From an uncultured Oscillospiraceae bacterium (GTDB lineage Bacteria; Bacillota; Clostridia; Christensenellales; CAG-314), in the NCBI GenBank assembly GCA_964483825.1, contig CAZADD010000001.1, positions 2,491 to 66,490 of the forward strand: 64,000 nucleotides of DNA. The letters are read 5' to 3'. Under the pieces are notes generated by a model. The model did not search any database. It had not been told where the DNA came from and saw nothing but the letters and a program-made list of their open reading frames with translations. Positions 47,053 to 57,081 of this stretch are shown here, piece after piece. The translations under genes were made by a program, and so were the position numbers. Positions within the stretch are counted from its first letter, which is position 1; each line of letters starts with the position of its first letter.

Positions 47053-49137
47053 ATGAAAAAAATTCGACTTATTGCAATGCTGTTGGTTGTGACGTTGCTA
47101 TTTTGCTCGTGCGGTTTTGGATCGTCTGCGAACAGCGTCAGTTTGAACAAAAACGTTTTGAACCTGGAAGTTGGTAACAGCGAAACGTTGGTTGCCACTG
47201 TTGTGGGCAGTTCCAAAGCGGTGTGGTCCACGTCTAGCGCAAGCGTTGCCACAGTGACTCAAAGCGGTGTGGTAACGGCGGTTGCCGAAGGTACCGCAAC
47301 AATCACCGTGACGGCAGGAAGAGCAACGGATACCTGCACCGTGACTGTTTCGAAAAAAGTGCAAGACAGCGTCAGTTTGAACAAAAACGTTTTGAACCTG
47401 GAAGTTGGTAGCAGTGAAACATTGCTTGCCGCCGTTGTGGGCGGTTCCAAAGCGGTGTGGTCCACGTCTAGTGCAAGCATTGCCACAGTGAATCAAAGCG
47501 GCGTGGTAACGGCAGTTGCCGAAGGTATTGCAACAATCACCGTGACGGCGGGAAGAGTAACGGATACTTGCACCGTGACTGTTTCAAAAAACGTACAACC
47601 CGTGCAAGACAGTGTCAGTTTGAACAAAACGTCTTTGAATCTTGAAGTCGGTAGCAGTGAAACATTGGTTGCAACCGTTGTAGGCGGTTCCAAAGCGGTG
47701 TGGTCCACGTCTAGTGCAAGCATTGCCACAGTGAATCAAAGCGGTGTGGTAACGGCAGTTGCCGAAGGTATTGCAACAATCACCGTGACGGCAGGAAAAG
47801 CAACCGATACTTGCAGTGTTATCGTTACCGAGCCTCAACTTCAAATTCCCGTTTTTTTCGACTACGAAATAGTGTTCAATGCCTATGCGTCCGTGCCGTA
47901 TAATCTTATGAATGACGAACAGTTTGCAAATCTCAGTGCCGCAGGGTTCAGAAAAGCCACGGGCCTTTACGAAGGGCGTGTCGGATTGTCAAGCGGCATG
48001 ACGGAAAGCCAACTGGATGCAATACTTTCTCAACTTAACCAAAATGTTTCAATCGGCGCAAACAAAGCGCTGAGTTTGAGTGAAAAATACGGAATCAAGT
48101 ACTACGTTTTCAACGAGTTGGTCTACAACGTCGAGCGTTACACAACCAACTACGATAAGTATTTCAAAGCGATGCTTTCTAACTGTGACTACGCAACGTC
48201 TTCGGCGTTTGCAGGACACTTTTTTGCCGACGAACCCAGTTTGGAGGAAATGAAGGAACTTGTTTCGGCTGTGAACGAGTACAAAAAGTACATGCCGAAT
48301 GTGGAACCGTTCATCAACTTGTTGCCGTGCGAAAGCAAATCGTCGCGAAGCAGTTACAAAAAATATTTAGACTACTATTTTGAAAATTTGGCCGAGACAT
48401 TGGGATACGTTAGTTTCGATCACTATCCGTTTGGTCCAAACGAACAAGGCATCAACGAAATGCACTTGTGGAATTTGGAAGAAGTGTGTCAAAGAGCCAA
48501 AAGCAAAAACATTGAAGTGAGAGGATTTGTTTGGTCCAATCTCACGGCAAACGAATATCACCGCGGAATAACTTCCGAGGCGGATTTGCGGTTGCAAATT
48601 TACACAAATCTTGCGTTTGGGGTTGACGAAATGGCCTATTTCGTGTATTCTTCAAACGGAGATGCCAACACAAAAACAAATGCATTGATCAACTACAAAA
48701 CGGGCAAAAAAAGCACCGCTTACACATGGGCTAAAAACGTGAATAACGAAGTTTTGGCTTTTGAAGACATCTACGGAGCGTATGCTTGGCAAGGTGTCAT
48801 GACTTTTGGTAGCAACGATCAGTTTTCCGCACTTACACGAACGCTTGCGTCTAACGACCGTATCAAAAACGTTAATGCAGAAAGTGACGTTTTGATGGGC
48901 GTTTTTGTGGACAAGAACGGCAACTACGAATACGGTGCCAAAGACGGTTTTTTGGTGGTTAACTATGCCGATCCGTACACTGTCAAAACAACAAGCACCG
49001 TGACAATCGAATTTGACGATTGTGCGCGCGTAATGGTGTGCAGAAACGGTCAAATAACAACCATTGATGTAGAAAACGGTAAAATTGAACTAGAAACTTC
49101 TGCGGGCGACGGAGTGTTCCTCGTTCCGCTGTCATAA
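47053..49137 (+). CDS. Lipoprotein with three Big_2 Ig-like domains and an uncharacterised GH-like barrel (DEP paralog 2)
   Basis: Lipobox FCS-C. Three near-identical SVSLNK..LNLEVG.SETL.A..WSTSSAS.ATV.QSGVVTAVAEG.ATITVTAG units. GHFFADEP, FINLLP, SFDHYP, RLQIYTNLAFGVDEMAYF. Confidence 0.8.
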   Translation: MKKIRLIAMLLVVTLLFCSCGFGSSANSVSLNKNVLNLEVGNSETLVATVVGSSKAVWSTSSASVATVTQSGVVTAVAEGTATITVTAGRATDTCTVTVSKKVQDSVSLNKNVLNLEVGSSETLLAAVVGGSKAVWSTSSASIATVNQSGVVTAVAEGIATITVTAGRVTDTCTVTVSKNVQPVQDSVSLNKTSLNLEVGSSETLVATVVGGSKAVWSTSSASIATVNQSGVVTAVAEGIATITVTAGKATDTCSVIVTEPQLQIPVFFDYEIVFNAYASVPYNLMNDEQFANLSAAGFRKATGLYEGRVGLSSGMTESQLDAILSQLNQNVSIGANKALSLSEKYGIKYYVFNELVYNVERYTTNYDKYFKAMLSNCDYATSSAFAGHFFADEPSLEEMKELVSAVNEYKKYMPNVEPFINLLPCESKSSRSSYKKYLDYYFENLAETLGYVSFDHYPFGPNEQGINEMHLWNLEEVCQRAKSKNIEVRGFVWSNLTANEYHRGITSEADLRLQIYTNLAFGVDEMAYFVYSSNGDANTKTNALINYKTGKKSTAYTWAKNVNNEVLAFEDIYGAYAWQGVMTFGSNDQFSALTRTLASNDRIKNVNAESDVLMGVFVDKNGNYEYGAKDGFLVVNYADPYTVKTTSTVTIEFDDCARVMVCRNGQITTIDVENGKIELETSAGDGVFLVPLS

Positions 49138-49145
49138 CTAAAAAT

Positions 49146-51260
49146 ATGGTTAATATCAACAAATTTAACATAACGGCAAGTGGCGAAATAAAAAATTGGG
49201 ATGAAGCGTTGCCTCTTGGCAACGGTGTGACGGGGTGTCTTGTCTACGGTAAAAATCCACTCAAACTGGCTTTTGACCGAATTGACTTGTGGGATACTCG
49301 CGAAAATCCCGTAACACGGGAAAAAGGCTTCAACTACAAAAATCTTGTAGCGCTTGCAACTAGCAAAAATAAAGACGATTGGGCGGAATTCACACGGCTT
49401 TTCGACGATGTTTACACGTCCAAGCCCTATCCGACAAAAATAACGGCAGGACGTGCAGAAATAAATTTTGAGCGAAACATTGCCGACGTTTGTTCTTCTG
49501 TGGATATCAAAAAGGCGGTTGCAGCCGTGAACGAAAAGCACGGTGAACGGCTTGCAATGTTTTTTGTGCATCAAAAATCCGATTTATTTGTAGGCAGACT
49601 GTTTGAAAATTTCACGCTGGATATAGTTGCGCCCAAGTATCTTTTCGATGCAACGGTTGGATTGAACTATCCGCAAGGGCAAATTTTTCACTATGAAAAC
49701 GGAATGTGCTACTTGCAAGAAACTCCGTGCAACTTTGTTTGGGGCATTTTCACTTTCCAAAAGAAAACTGCTGACGGAATTGAGTTGTTTGTGGCTGTTA
49801 GAAAGGGCTTGAACAAAGACAAGCTGCTTGCAGACTCTTTGACAGAATTGAATTCTGCCGCAGAAGCGGGCTATGACGTATTGCACAAACAACACGTTTC
49901 GGGGTGGCGTAATTATTGGAAAAAGTCACAAATTTGGACAGATAACGACATCATCGATAAAACTTACTGCCGAGCAACCTATTTGTTTGCATCATGCAGC
50001 AAAAAGGGCGGTTATCCCATGCCGCTTCAAGGAGTTTGGACGGCCGACGACGGTAATCTTCCCCCTTGGAAGGGAGATTATCATTTCGATACAAATGTAG
50101 AATTATCCTATCAATCCTATTTGAAAGCAAACAGACTGTCCGAAGGACGTGTTCTTGTCGATTATCTGTGGCAAAATCGCAACGTCTACAAAAAGTTTAC
50201 CAGAAATTTCTACGATGTGGACGGACTTATTATTCCGGCGTGTTCCACGCTGGACGGCAAACCTATGGGAGGGTGGGGACAATATGCGTTTTCGCCCACA
50301 ATGACAATTTGGGCGGCGCAAAGCTTCGACGAATACTATTTGTACAGCGGCGATGAGGGTTTTTTGAAAAACCGTGCGTATCCGTTCTTCAAATACGTTG
50401 CCCGTGCCATCGGCGGTTTGTTGAAAGAAAAAGACGGCAAGTTGTATTTGCCGCTGTCTTCTTCGCCGGAAATTTTTGACAATACTCATGATGCATATCT
50501 CACATCCAACAGTAATTTTGATTTGGCGTTGCTTATCTATTTGTACAAAACACTTGTCGGCTACACACAAAAACTTGGAATAGACGGTACCGAGTACAAA
50601 AAAACACTAAACAAGTTGGATGACTTGGCAACAGACGAAAACGGTGTTATAATGTTGGACAAAGACAGGCTTTTGCCTGAAACGCACCGTCATTTTTCGC
50701 ATTTGATGTGTCTGTATCCGTTGCATTTGCTAAACTACGATACCGACGATCACAAACGCATCTACAATGCTACAATAGAGCAATTGGAACGTTTGGGCAC
50801 GGGCATGTGGGTAGGCTTTTCCTTTGCAATGTCGGCGCAGATATATGCAATGGCACAAAACGGTAACGCTGCCTATCAACGGCTGTTTGAATTTTGCCAT
50901 GGTTTTGTGGGCGACAACGGTTTTCATCTGAACGGCGACTACAAACATTTCGGTTACACAACTTTTCACTATCGCCCGTTCACGCTGGAAAGTTTGTTTG
51001 GTTTTTGCGATGCACTTCACGAAATGCTTTTGCAGGATCACGGCGGAGGCATTGAATTGTTTCCTGCCGTTCCGGAACAATGGAAAAATGGCAAAATCGG
51101 TTTCAAAAACTTGCGTAGTCGTGGTGGCTTGCTTGTTTCGGCACAACTGTCCGACGGTAAGATCGAGTGTGTGACGGTGAAAAGTCCCACGGCACAAACG
51201 GTGAAAATATGCGAAAAAAACGTCTCCTTGAACAAGGGAAATAATGTCGTTTTATTGTAA
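49146..51260 (+). CDS. GH95 alpha-L-fucosidase (1,2-fucosidase family), cytoplasmic
   Basis: WDEALPLGNG, PLQGVW..PWKGDYHFDTNVELSY, SSSPE, HRHFSHL, HEMLLQ, LFPAVPEQW..LRSRGG. Confidence 0.88.
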   Translation: MVNINKFNITASGEIKNWDEALPLGNGVTGCLVYGKNPLKLAFDRIDLWDTRENPVTREKGFNYKNLVALATSKNKDDWAEFTRLFDDVYTSKPYPTKITAGRAEINFERNIADVCSSVDIKKAVAAVNEKHGERLAMFFVHQKSDLFVGRLFENFTLDIVAPKYLFDATVGLNYPQGQIFHYENGMCYLQETPCNFVWGIFTFQKKTADGIELFVAVRKGLNKDKLLADSLTELNSAAEAGYDVLHKQHVSGWRNYWKKSQIWTDNDIIDKTYCRATYLFASCSKKGGYPMPLQGVWTADDGNLPPWKGDYHFDTNVELSYQSYLKANRLSEGRVLVDYLWQNRNVYKKFTRNFYDVDGLIIPACSTLDGKPMGGWGQYAFSPTMTIWAAQSFDEYYLYSGDEGFLKNRAYPFFKYVARAIGGLLKEKDGKLYLPLSSSPEIFDNTHDAYLTSNSNFDLALLIYLYKTLVGYTQKLGIDGTEYKKTLNKLDDLATDENGVIMLDKDRLLPETHRHFSHLMCLYPLHLLNYDTDDHKRIYNATIEQLERLGTGMWVGFSFAMSAQIYAMAQNGNAAYQRLFEFCHGFVGDNGFHLNGDYKHFGYTTFHYRPFTLESLFGFCDALHEMLLQDHGGGIELFPAVPEQWKNGKIGFKNLRSRGGLLVSAQLSDGKIECVTVKSPTAQTVKICEKNVSLNKGNNVVLL

Positions 51261-51287
51261 AAACAACAAAATTTTATTGGAGTTTAT

Positions 51288-53444
51288 ATGAACAAAGGCA
51301 GAGTAACAATTCCCACAGACGAATCGTTTGTGGAAGGAACAAAAAAAATTGCCAAAATGTGGGGCGCAGATGCCGTGCGTGATTGCGACGGAACCAAGTT
51401 GCCCCAAAACGCAAGACAGTTCGGCAAGGTGTACAACACCTATTTTGTGGTGCGTGGAGATAACGAATGGGCAAGACAGCACCCCGAAGAAGCACAACGC
51501 ATCTTTTTGCTGTCCGAAAGAAATCTCGCAACGGAAAGCACGTTGGAAATCGATATAATGCGCGGATTTTTGAAGGATGAATTCTCGCCGGATGAAAGTT
51601 ATATTTCTTTGTGGGAAGTTTACGACAGAACGGTGGGCGAAAAGCACGAACAATGGCACTACAATGCCGAAAAAGGCGTTGTAATCGTTCAAAACTGCAA
51701 ACAGTTCCACGAGTACACCGTCACTTTCTTGGCACGCGTCACGTGGCACCCCGTTCAAATTTACAACTACATCACCAATAATTGGACGTGCGAAAAACAA
51801 CTAACCTACGATCCCGCTTTTCCGGCTACTCGCGAATACGTCAAACGTCACATGCGTGAGTGGTGCGAACAAAATCCCGAAACGGACGTTGTGCGTTTTA
51901 CAACGTTTTTGTACCAATTCACCCTTATTTTCAACGAACTTGGCAAGGAAAAGCATGTGGAATGGTTTGGGTACGCTCAAACGGCAAATCCGCTGTTGAT
52001 ACAAGATTTCCAAAAGGAAAGCGGCATTCAACTGACGGCGGAAGATTTCGTCGACAGCGGCTACTACAACAACTGTTTCCGTGTTCCCACCAAAAAGTTT
52101 TTGAAGTACATGGATTTTGTCGAACGTTTTGTCAGCCAAACCATTCGTGAACTTGTGGATATTTGTCACGAATACGGCAAGGAAGCAATGATGTTCCTTG
52201 GCGACGACTGGATCGGTAGCGAACCATATGGCGAACACTTCAAAGATATGGGCTTGGATGCCGTTGTCGGCTCCGTGGGCGGTGGCGTAACGGTGCGTAT
52301 GCTTTCGGAAATTCCGCACGTGAAGTATCACGAAGGCAGATTTTTGCCGTATTTCTTCCCCGATACGTTTTTTGACGGAAACGAAGAGGGTGCCGTGGCG
52401 GAACTTAACAAAAACTGGTTGACGGCTCGCCGTGCCATGATGAGAAAACCTATCGACAGAATGGGTTTTGGCGGATATTTGTCGCTAGCGGCAAAATTCC
52501 CCCGTTTCGTGGACCGTGTGACGGAAATAACGGAAGAATTCCGTGCCATCTACGATGCCGTCGATAACAAAAAGCCCTATTGCAGGCTCAAAGTGGGCAT
52601 ATTGAATGCTTGGGGTAAAAAACGCAGTTGGATGAGTCACATGGTTGCTCACGAACTGTGGTATCAGCAAATTTATTCCTATCAGGGTATTTTGGAATCC
52701 CTTTCCGGCTTGCCTGTCGACGTTGAATTTTTGTCTTTCGAAGATATTCGTCACGGTGTTGATTCTTCCGTCGACGTGCTTTTGAACGTGGGAGATGCAA
52801 ACACTTCCTATTCCGGAGGAAAGTGCTGGTTGGACGAAGAAATTGCAACATCGGTGCGCAAGTTTGTCCACAACGGCGGCGGTTTTATCGGTGTGGGTGA
52901 GCCCACTGCGTGTGACTTCGGAGGAAGATATTTCCAACTTGCCGACATGCTGGGCGTGGACGAAGAAATCGGTTTTACAATGTCGGAAGACAAATACAAC
53001 ATCACCAAGGTTGCACACGAAATAACTGACGGTTTTGAAAAGTTCGACTACGGCGAGGACAAGAAAAATATCTACGCTTTGCCGCAAACCAAGGTGTTGG
53101 ATATAACGATATCCGATAGATTCAAACGCAACGTGAATATTGGCGAAGTAAAAATGGCCGTCAACAACTACGGAAAGGGGAGAAGTTTCTATATCACGGG
53201 CTTGCCCTATTCCTTCGACAATTCGCGTTTACTGTACAAAGCATTGTGTTGGACTTCGAACAAGCAACTGAACGTGTGCTACTGCGATAACGTCAATGTG
53301 GAATGTAACTACTATCCCGATGCAAAGTGCTACGCCTTGGTTAACAATTCCGATGCAATTCAAAAAACGTCATTCTTTAACAAATGCGGCGAATGCGTTG
53401 AAGTTGGCTTGAATCCCATGGAAATCAAGTGGATAAAAGAATAG
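51288..53444 (+). CDS. gnpA: GH112 1,3-beta-galactosyl-N-acetylhexosamine (GNB/LNB) phosphorylase
   Basis: KGRVTIPTD, WGADAVRDCDGT, VVRFTTFLYQF, EAMMFLGDDWIGSEP, GLDAVVGSVG, EGRFLPYFFPDTF, DRMGFGGYL. Confidence 0.95.
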   Translation: MNKGRVTIPTDESFVEGTKKIAKMWGADAVRDCDGTKLPQNARQFGKVYNTYFVVRGDNEWARQHPEEAQRIFLLSERNLATESTLEIDIMRGFLKDEFSPDESYISLWEVYDRTVGEKHEQWHYNAEKGVVIVQNCKQFHEYTVTFLARVTWHPVQIYNYITNNWTCEKQLTYDPAFPATREYVKRHMREWCEQNPETDVVRFTTFLYQFTLIFNELGKEKHVEWFGYAQTANPLLIQDFQKESGIQLTAEDFVDSGYYNNCFRVPTKKFLKYMDFVERFVSQTIRELVDICHEYGKEAMMFLGDDWIGSEPYGEHFKDMGLDAVVGSVGGGVTVRMLSEIPHVKYHEGRFLPYFFPDTFFDGNEEGAVAELNKNWLTARRAMMRKPIDRMGFGGYLSLAAKFPRFVDRVTEITEEFRAIYDAVDNKKPYCRLKVGILNAWGKKRSWMSHMVAHELWYQQIYSYQGILESLSGLPVDVEFLSFEDIRHGVDSSVDVLLNVGDANTSYSGGKCWLDEEIATSVRKFVHNGGGFIGVGEPTACDFGGRYFQLADMLGVDEEIGFTMSEDKYNITKVAHEITDGFEKFDYGEDKKNIYALPQTKVLDITISDRFKRNVNIGEVKMAVNNYGKGRSFYITGLPYSFDNSRLLYKALCWTSNKQLNVCYCDNVNVECNYYPDAKCYALVNNSDAIQKTSFFNKCGECVEVGLNPMEIKWIKE

Positions 53445-53459
53445 CAAAAAGGTCGTTAT

Positions 53460-54623
53460 ATGGATAACAAAATTAAGTTTGGGTTTTGGAACTACGTTGA
53501 AAGCGGTGTTTTCGGAAAAGAAGCGGTTAAAGATTGGGCGGATATTGGCAGTAATTTGCCAATGAGTTTCACTTTCGATCCGCAAAGACATCGCAAACAG
53601 GATGTTTTAGACGTTTTGGACGAATGTGCAAAGTACGGAATGCAACTTATCGTGTGCGACAAAAGAACGCATTTCAGAACACTTCGTGACGTTGGCGAGA
53701 AAAACTTTGTAGACGGAGTAAAACAAGCATATTCGGATTTTGGCAAGCATCCTGCGACTTTCGGTTTTTTTATCGGCGACGAGCCGACGTTCGACGAGAT
53801 AGATTTGTTTGTCGACACCGTCAATATCGTTATGCGCGAAATGCCCGAACTAGTTCCGTTTTGCAATTTGTTGCCCTATTGGGGCGGCGGCTCGGATTTT
53901 GATATGGACATCGGTGCGTCGGAAGACGTTCACACTCGAGCCGTCGAAACAATTCTTTCAAAAACAAACGTGCCGCTTATAGGTTACGATCAATATTCGC
54001 AATGTTTGGATACTCCGCACAACACTGAGTGCGGCATAAACAGTTATTTCTACGTTTTGGATAAGTACTTCGAAATAACCCGAAAACACGGCATTCCGTT
54101 TTACGTAAGTTTGTTGGCTGTGGGGCATTGGAAGTATCGTGTTCCGACAGAAGACGACATACGCTGGCAAATTTACACGGCTTTGGCACACGGTGCACGC
54201 GGAATAATTTGGTTTCATCTCTACGGCTATGACGCAGGTACAAGTTTTGTCGGTAACCCTATTGTGGGTAAGGAACGACAGAGAACGCCGTTGTTCGATG
54301 CAATAAGTCGTCAACAAAAAATTTTCAACGAACACTATCGCGATGTTTTTGATAAACTGACGCTGGAAAAAGTTTTTCACGTCGGGCACATTTACGATCC
54401 TACAAAAAGGATGTGTGCCGATAACGTGATTCTTTCCGTCAAGGGCGAAATGTCCTATCCGACCATAGTGAGTTACTACAACGAAATCGGCACAAGCGAC
54501 AAATGGATATCTGTCGTTAACGCTTCGCAAAGACATGCCAACAAAATCACCGTTACTTTCCAAAACGGACGTATTGAAGTTGGTTGGCTAGCCCCCGGCG
54601 AAATGAAACTTATCAAAATTTAA
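53460..54623 (+). CDS. Uncharacterised cytoplasmic GH-like barrel (DEP paralog 3)
   Basis: No signal peptide. HPATFGFFIGDEP, FCNLLP, GYDQY, RWQIYTALAHGARGIIWF, LAPGEMKL. Confidence 0.75.
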   Translation: MDNKIKFGFWNYVESGVFGKEAVKDWADIGSNLPMSFTFDPQRHRKQDVLDVLDECAKYGMQLIVCDKRTHFRTLRDVGEKNFVDGVKQAYSDFGKHPATFGFFIGDEPTFDEIDLFVDTVNIVMREMPELVPFCNLLPYWGGGSDFDMDIGASEDVHTRAVETILSKTNVPLIGYDQYSQCLDTPHNTECGINSYFYVLDKYFEITRKHGIPFYVSLLAVGHWKYRVPTEDDIRWQIYTALAHGARGIIWFHLYGYDAGTSFVGNPIVGKERQRTPLFDAISRQQKIFNEHYRDVFDKLTLEKVFHVGHIYDPTKRMCADNVILSVKGEMSYPTIVSYYNEIGTSDKWISVVNASQRHANKITVTFQNGRIEVGWLAPGEMKLIKI

Positions 54624-54639
54624 CAGGCGGAGAACTAAT

Positions 54640-55071
54640 ATGCTTAAAGGAATATCGAAACTGGTTAGTCCGGAACTTATCAAAATTTTGTGCGAAATGG
54701 GGCACGGCGATGAAATAGTGATTGCCGACGGTAATTTTCCGAGCGAAAATTTCGGAAAAAGAATTGTGAGAGCAGACGGAATAAAAGGCACGGATATGTT
54801 AGATGCAGTGTTGTCTTTGATTCCGTTGGACACTTATTCCGATCCCAATTTTGTTTTGATGAAGCTTATGCCGTGTGATGAAGGGAAAATTCAACCGACG
54901 ATTTGGACGGAATATGCAGAAATTGCCTGTCGTCATGATAAAAACGTAAAGATAGGAAATGTGGACAGATTCGATTTTTACGAAAGGGCAAAAAATGCCT
55001 ACGCAGTTATCGCCACGGGCGAAGAGGCGGTGTACGCAAACATAATTTTGAAAAAAGGTGTTATCGCATAA
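54640..55071 (+). CDS. fucU: L-fucose mutarotase (RbsD/FucU family)
   Basis: MLKGI..SPELIKILCEMGHGDEIVIADGNFP..RFDFYERAKNAYAVIATGE..YANIILKKGV. Confidence 0.93.
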   Translation: MLKGISKLVSPELIKILCEMGHGDEIVIADGNFPSENFGKRIVRADGIKGTDMLDAVLSLIPLDTYSDPNFVLMKLMPCDEGKIQPTIWTEYAEIACRHDKNVKIGNVDRFDFYERAKNAYAVIATGEEAVYANIILKKGVIA

Positions 55072-55120
55072 CGTCGACGGCACTGTATAATAAAAAATCA
55101 ACGTTAAGGAGAAAACGAAA

Positions 55121-56926
55121 ATGGCAAAAAGCAGACTTATAGGCGACTATCCCGTTATCGGTATCAGACCAACCATCGACGGAAGAAGAGGAAAAATCAA
55201 GGTTCGCGAAAGTTTGGAAGACCAAACGATGGCAATGGCGCAAGCCGCAGCGGAACTTATTCGCAACAACGTTTACTACAGCAACGGCGAACACGTGAAA
55301 GTTATCATTGCCGATACCACAATAGGCCGTGTAGCAGAAGCGGCAGCCTGTGCGGATAAATTCAAGAAAAACAACGTGGATATCACGCTGACGGTTACGC
55401 CGTGCTGGTGCTACGGTGCGGAAACCATGGATATGGACCCCATGACAATCAAGGCGGTGTGGGGATTCAACGGAACGGAAAGACCGGGTGCCGTGTATCT
55501 TGCCAGCGTTTTGGCAACACATTCGCAAAAGGGCTTGCCTGCATTCGGCATTTACGGCCACGAAGTTCAAGATGCCGACGACACGACCATTCCGCAAGAC
55601 GTTCAAGACAAAATTTTGCGTTTTGCCCGTGCTGCCGTTGCGGTCGCAACGATGCGTGGAAAAAGCTACTTGCAAATCGGTAGCGTGACAATGGGTATCG
55701 GCGGAAGCATCATTTCTCCGGAATTTTTCGAAGAATATTTGGGGATGCGTGTGGAATCCGTTGACGAAGTGGAAATTATTCGCCGCATGACGCTTGGTAT
55801 CTACGACAAAGCCGAATACCGCAAGGCACTTGCTTGGATAAAGGAAAAATGCCGTCCCGATTTCGACAAAAACCCCGAAGAATTGCAAAAAACGGCAGCT
55901 CAAAAGGAAAAGGATTGGGAATTCACGGCCAAAATGGCTTGCATTATCAAGGATTTGTACAACGGCAACAAGCGTTTGCCCAAAGGCTACGAAGAAGAAG
56001 CCGTGGGACACAACGCCATTGTGGGCGGTTTCCAAGGTCAACGCCAATGGACGGACTTCTATCCCAACTGCGATTTCCCCGAAAGTATTTTGAACAGTTC
56101 TTTCGATTGGAACGGCGCACGTGAACCCTACGTTCTCGCAACGGAAAACGACACCTTGAACGGTGTTTCCATGTTGTTTATGAAGTTGTTGACGGGCAGA
56201 GCACAAATGTTTGCCGATGTTCGCACCTATTGGAGCGGCAATGCAGTTAAGCGTGTAACCGGCTACGATATCTCCGGCAAGGCGAAGGAAGCGGACGGAT
56301 TTATTCACCTTATCAACAGCGGTGCATGTTGCGTGGATGCTTGCGGCGAAGTTAAGGACGAAAACGGACAACCCACGATGAAGCAATGGTGGAACGTAAC
56401 GGATCAAGATATCGACACGATGATGTCGCACACAACTTGGCCCTATGCCGATTTGGGATATTTCCGTGGCGGCGGATATTCCAGCAGATTCGTCACACGC
56501 ACCGAAATGCCCGCAACCATGATTCGTTTGAACCTTGTAAAAGGTCTTGGCCCCGTAATGCAAATCGTTGAAGGCTGGACGGTTGCTTTGCCGGACGAAG
56601 TTACGGACAAACTGTGGAAGCGCACCGACTACACGTGGCCTTGCACATGGTTTACTCCCAGAGTAACGGGCAAGGGCGCATTCAAATCCGCCTACGACGT
56701 GATGAACAATTGGGGCGCAAACCACGGTGCAATCAGCTACGGCCACATTGGCGCCGACCTTATCACAATGTGCAGCATGTTGCGTATTCCCGTTTGCATG
56801 CACAACGTCGATGACGGCGATATTTACCGTCCGTCGGCATGGAACGCTTTCGGCATGGACAAGGAAGGACAAGATTTCCGTGCTTGTGAAGCCTACGGCC
56901 CGTTGTATCGCAACATTCGCAAATAG
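55121..56926 (+). CDS. fucI: L-fucose isomerase
   Basis: [60 protein letters not shown]. Confidence 0.97.
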   Translation: MAKSRLIGDYPVIGIRPTIDGRRGKIKVRESLEDQTMAMAQAAAELIRNNVYYSNGEHVKVIIADTTIGRVAEAAACADKFKKNNVDITLTVTPCWCYGAETMDMDPMTIKAVWGFNGTERPGAVYLASVLATHSQKGLPAFGIYGHEVQDADDTTIPQDVQDKILRFARAAVAVATMRGKSYLQIGSVTMGIGGSIISPEFFEEYLGMRVESVDEVEIIRRMTLGIYDKAEYRKALAWIKEKCRPDFDKNPEELQKTAAQKEKDWEFTAKMACIIKDLYNGNKRLPKGYEEEAVGHNAIVGGFQGQRQWTDFYPNCDFPESILNSSFDWNGAREPYVLATENDTLNGVSMLFMKLLTGRAQMFADVRTYWSGNAVKRVTGYDISGKAKEADGFIHLINSGACCVDACGEVKDENGQPTMKQWWNVTDQDIDTMMSHTTWPYADLGYFRGGGYSSRFVTRTEMPATMIRLNLVKGLGPVMQIVEGWTVALPDEVTDKLWKRTDYTWPCTWFTPRVTGKGAFKSAYDVMNNWGANHGAISYGHIGADLITMCSMLRIPVCMHNVDDGDIYRPSAWNAFGMDKEGQDFRACEAYGPLYRNIRK

Positions 56927-57043
56927 TTTTGCGTCAAAAGCTTGCAAAAACCTGTCGCCGTTAACAAAATCTAGTTTTGGAACGACATTATAGTTAACGC
57001 AACGGACTTAAAACGGCTTTCCGCAAAATAACGCAAAAATATT

Positions 57044-57081
57044 AACACCTCGCCAAAGTAATTTTGACGAGGTGTTTTTTT
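57044..57081 (+). terminator. Terminator of the glycan/fucose operon
   Basis: AACACCTCG..CGAGGTGTT followed by a T-tract. Confidence 0.8.

Noticed and set aside
55061-56947. 628-aa antisense ORF over fucI (also 31324-32730 over aspS, 2970-4007, 26960-27970, 9543-10586)
   Set aside because: Shadow frames produced by scarcity of TTA/CTA/TCA codons in biased sense genes; no RBS or protein-like motifs.
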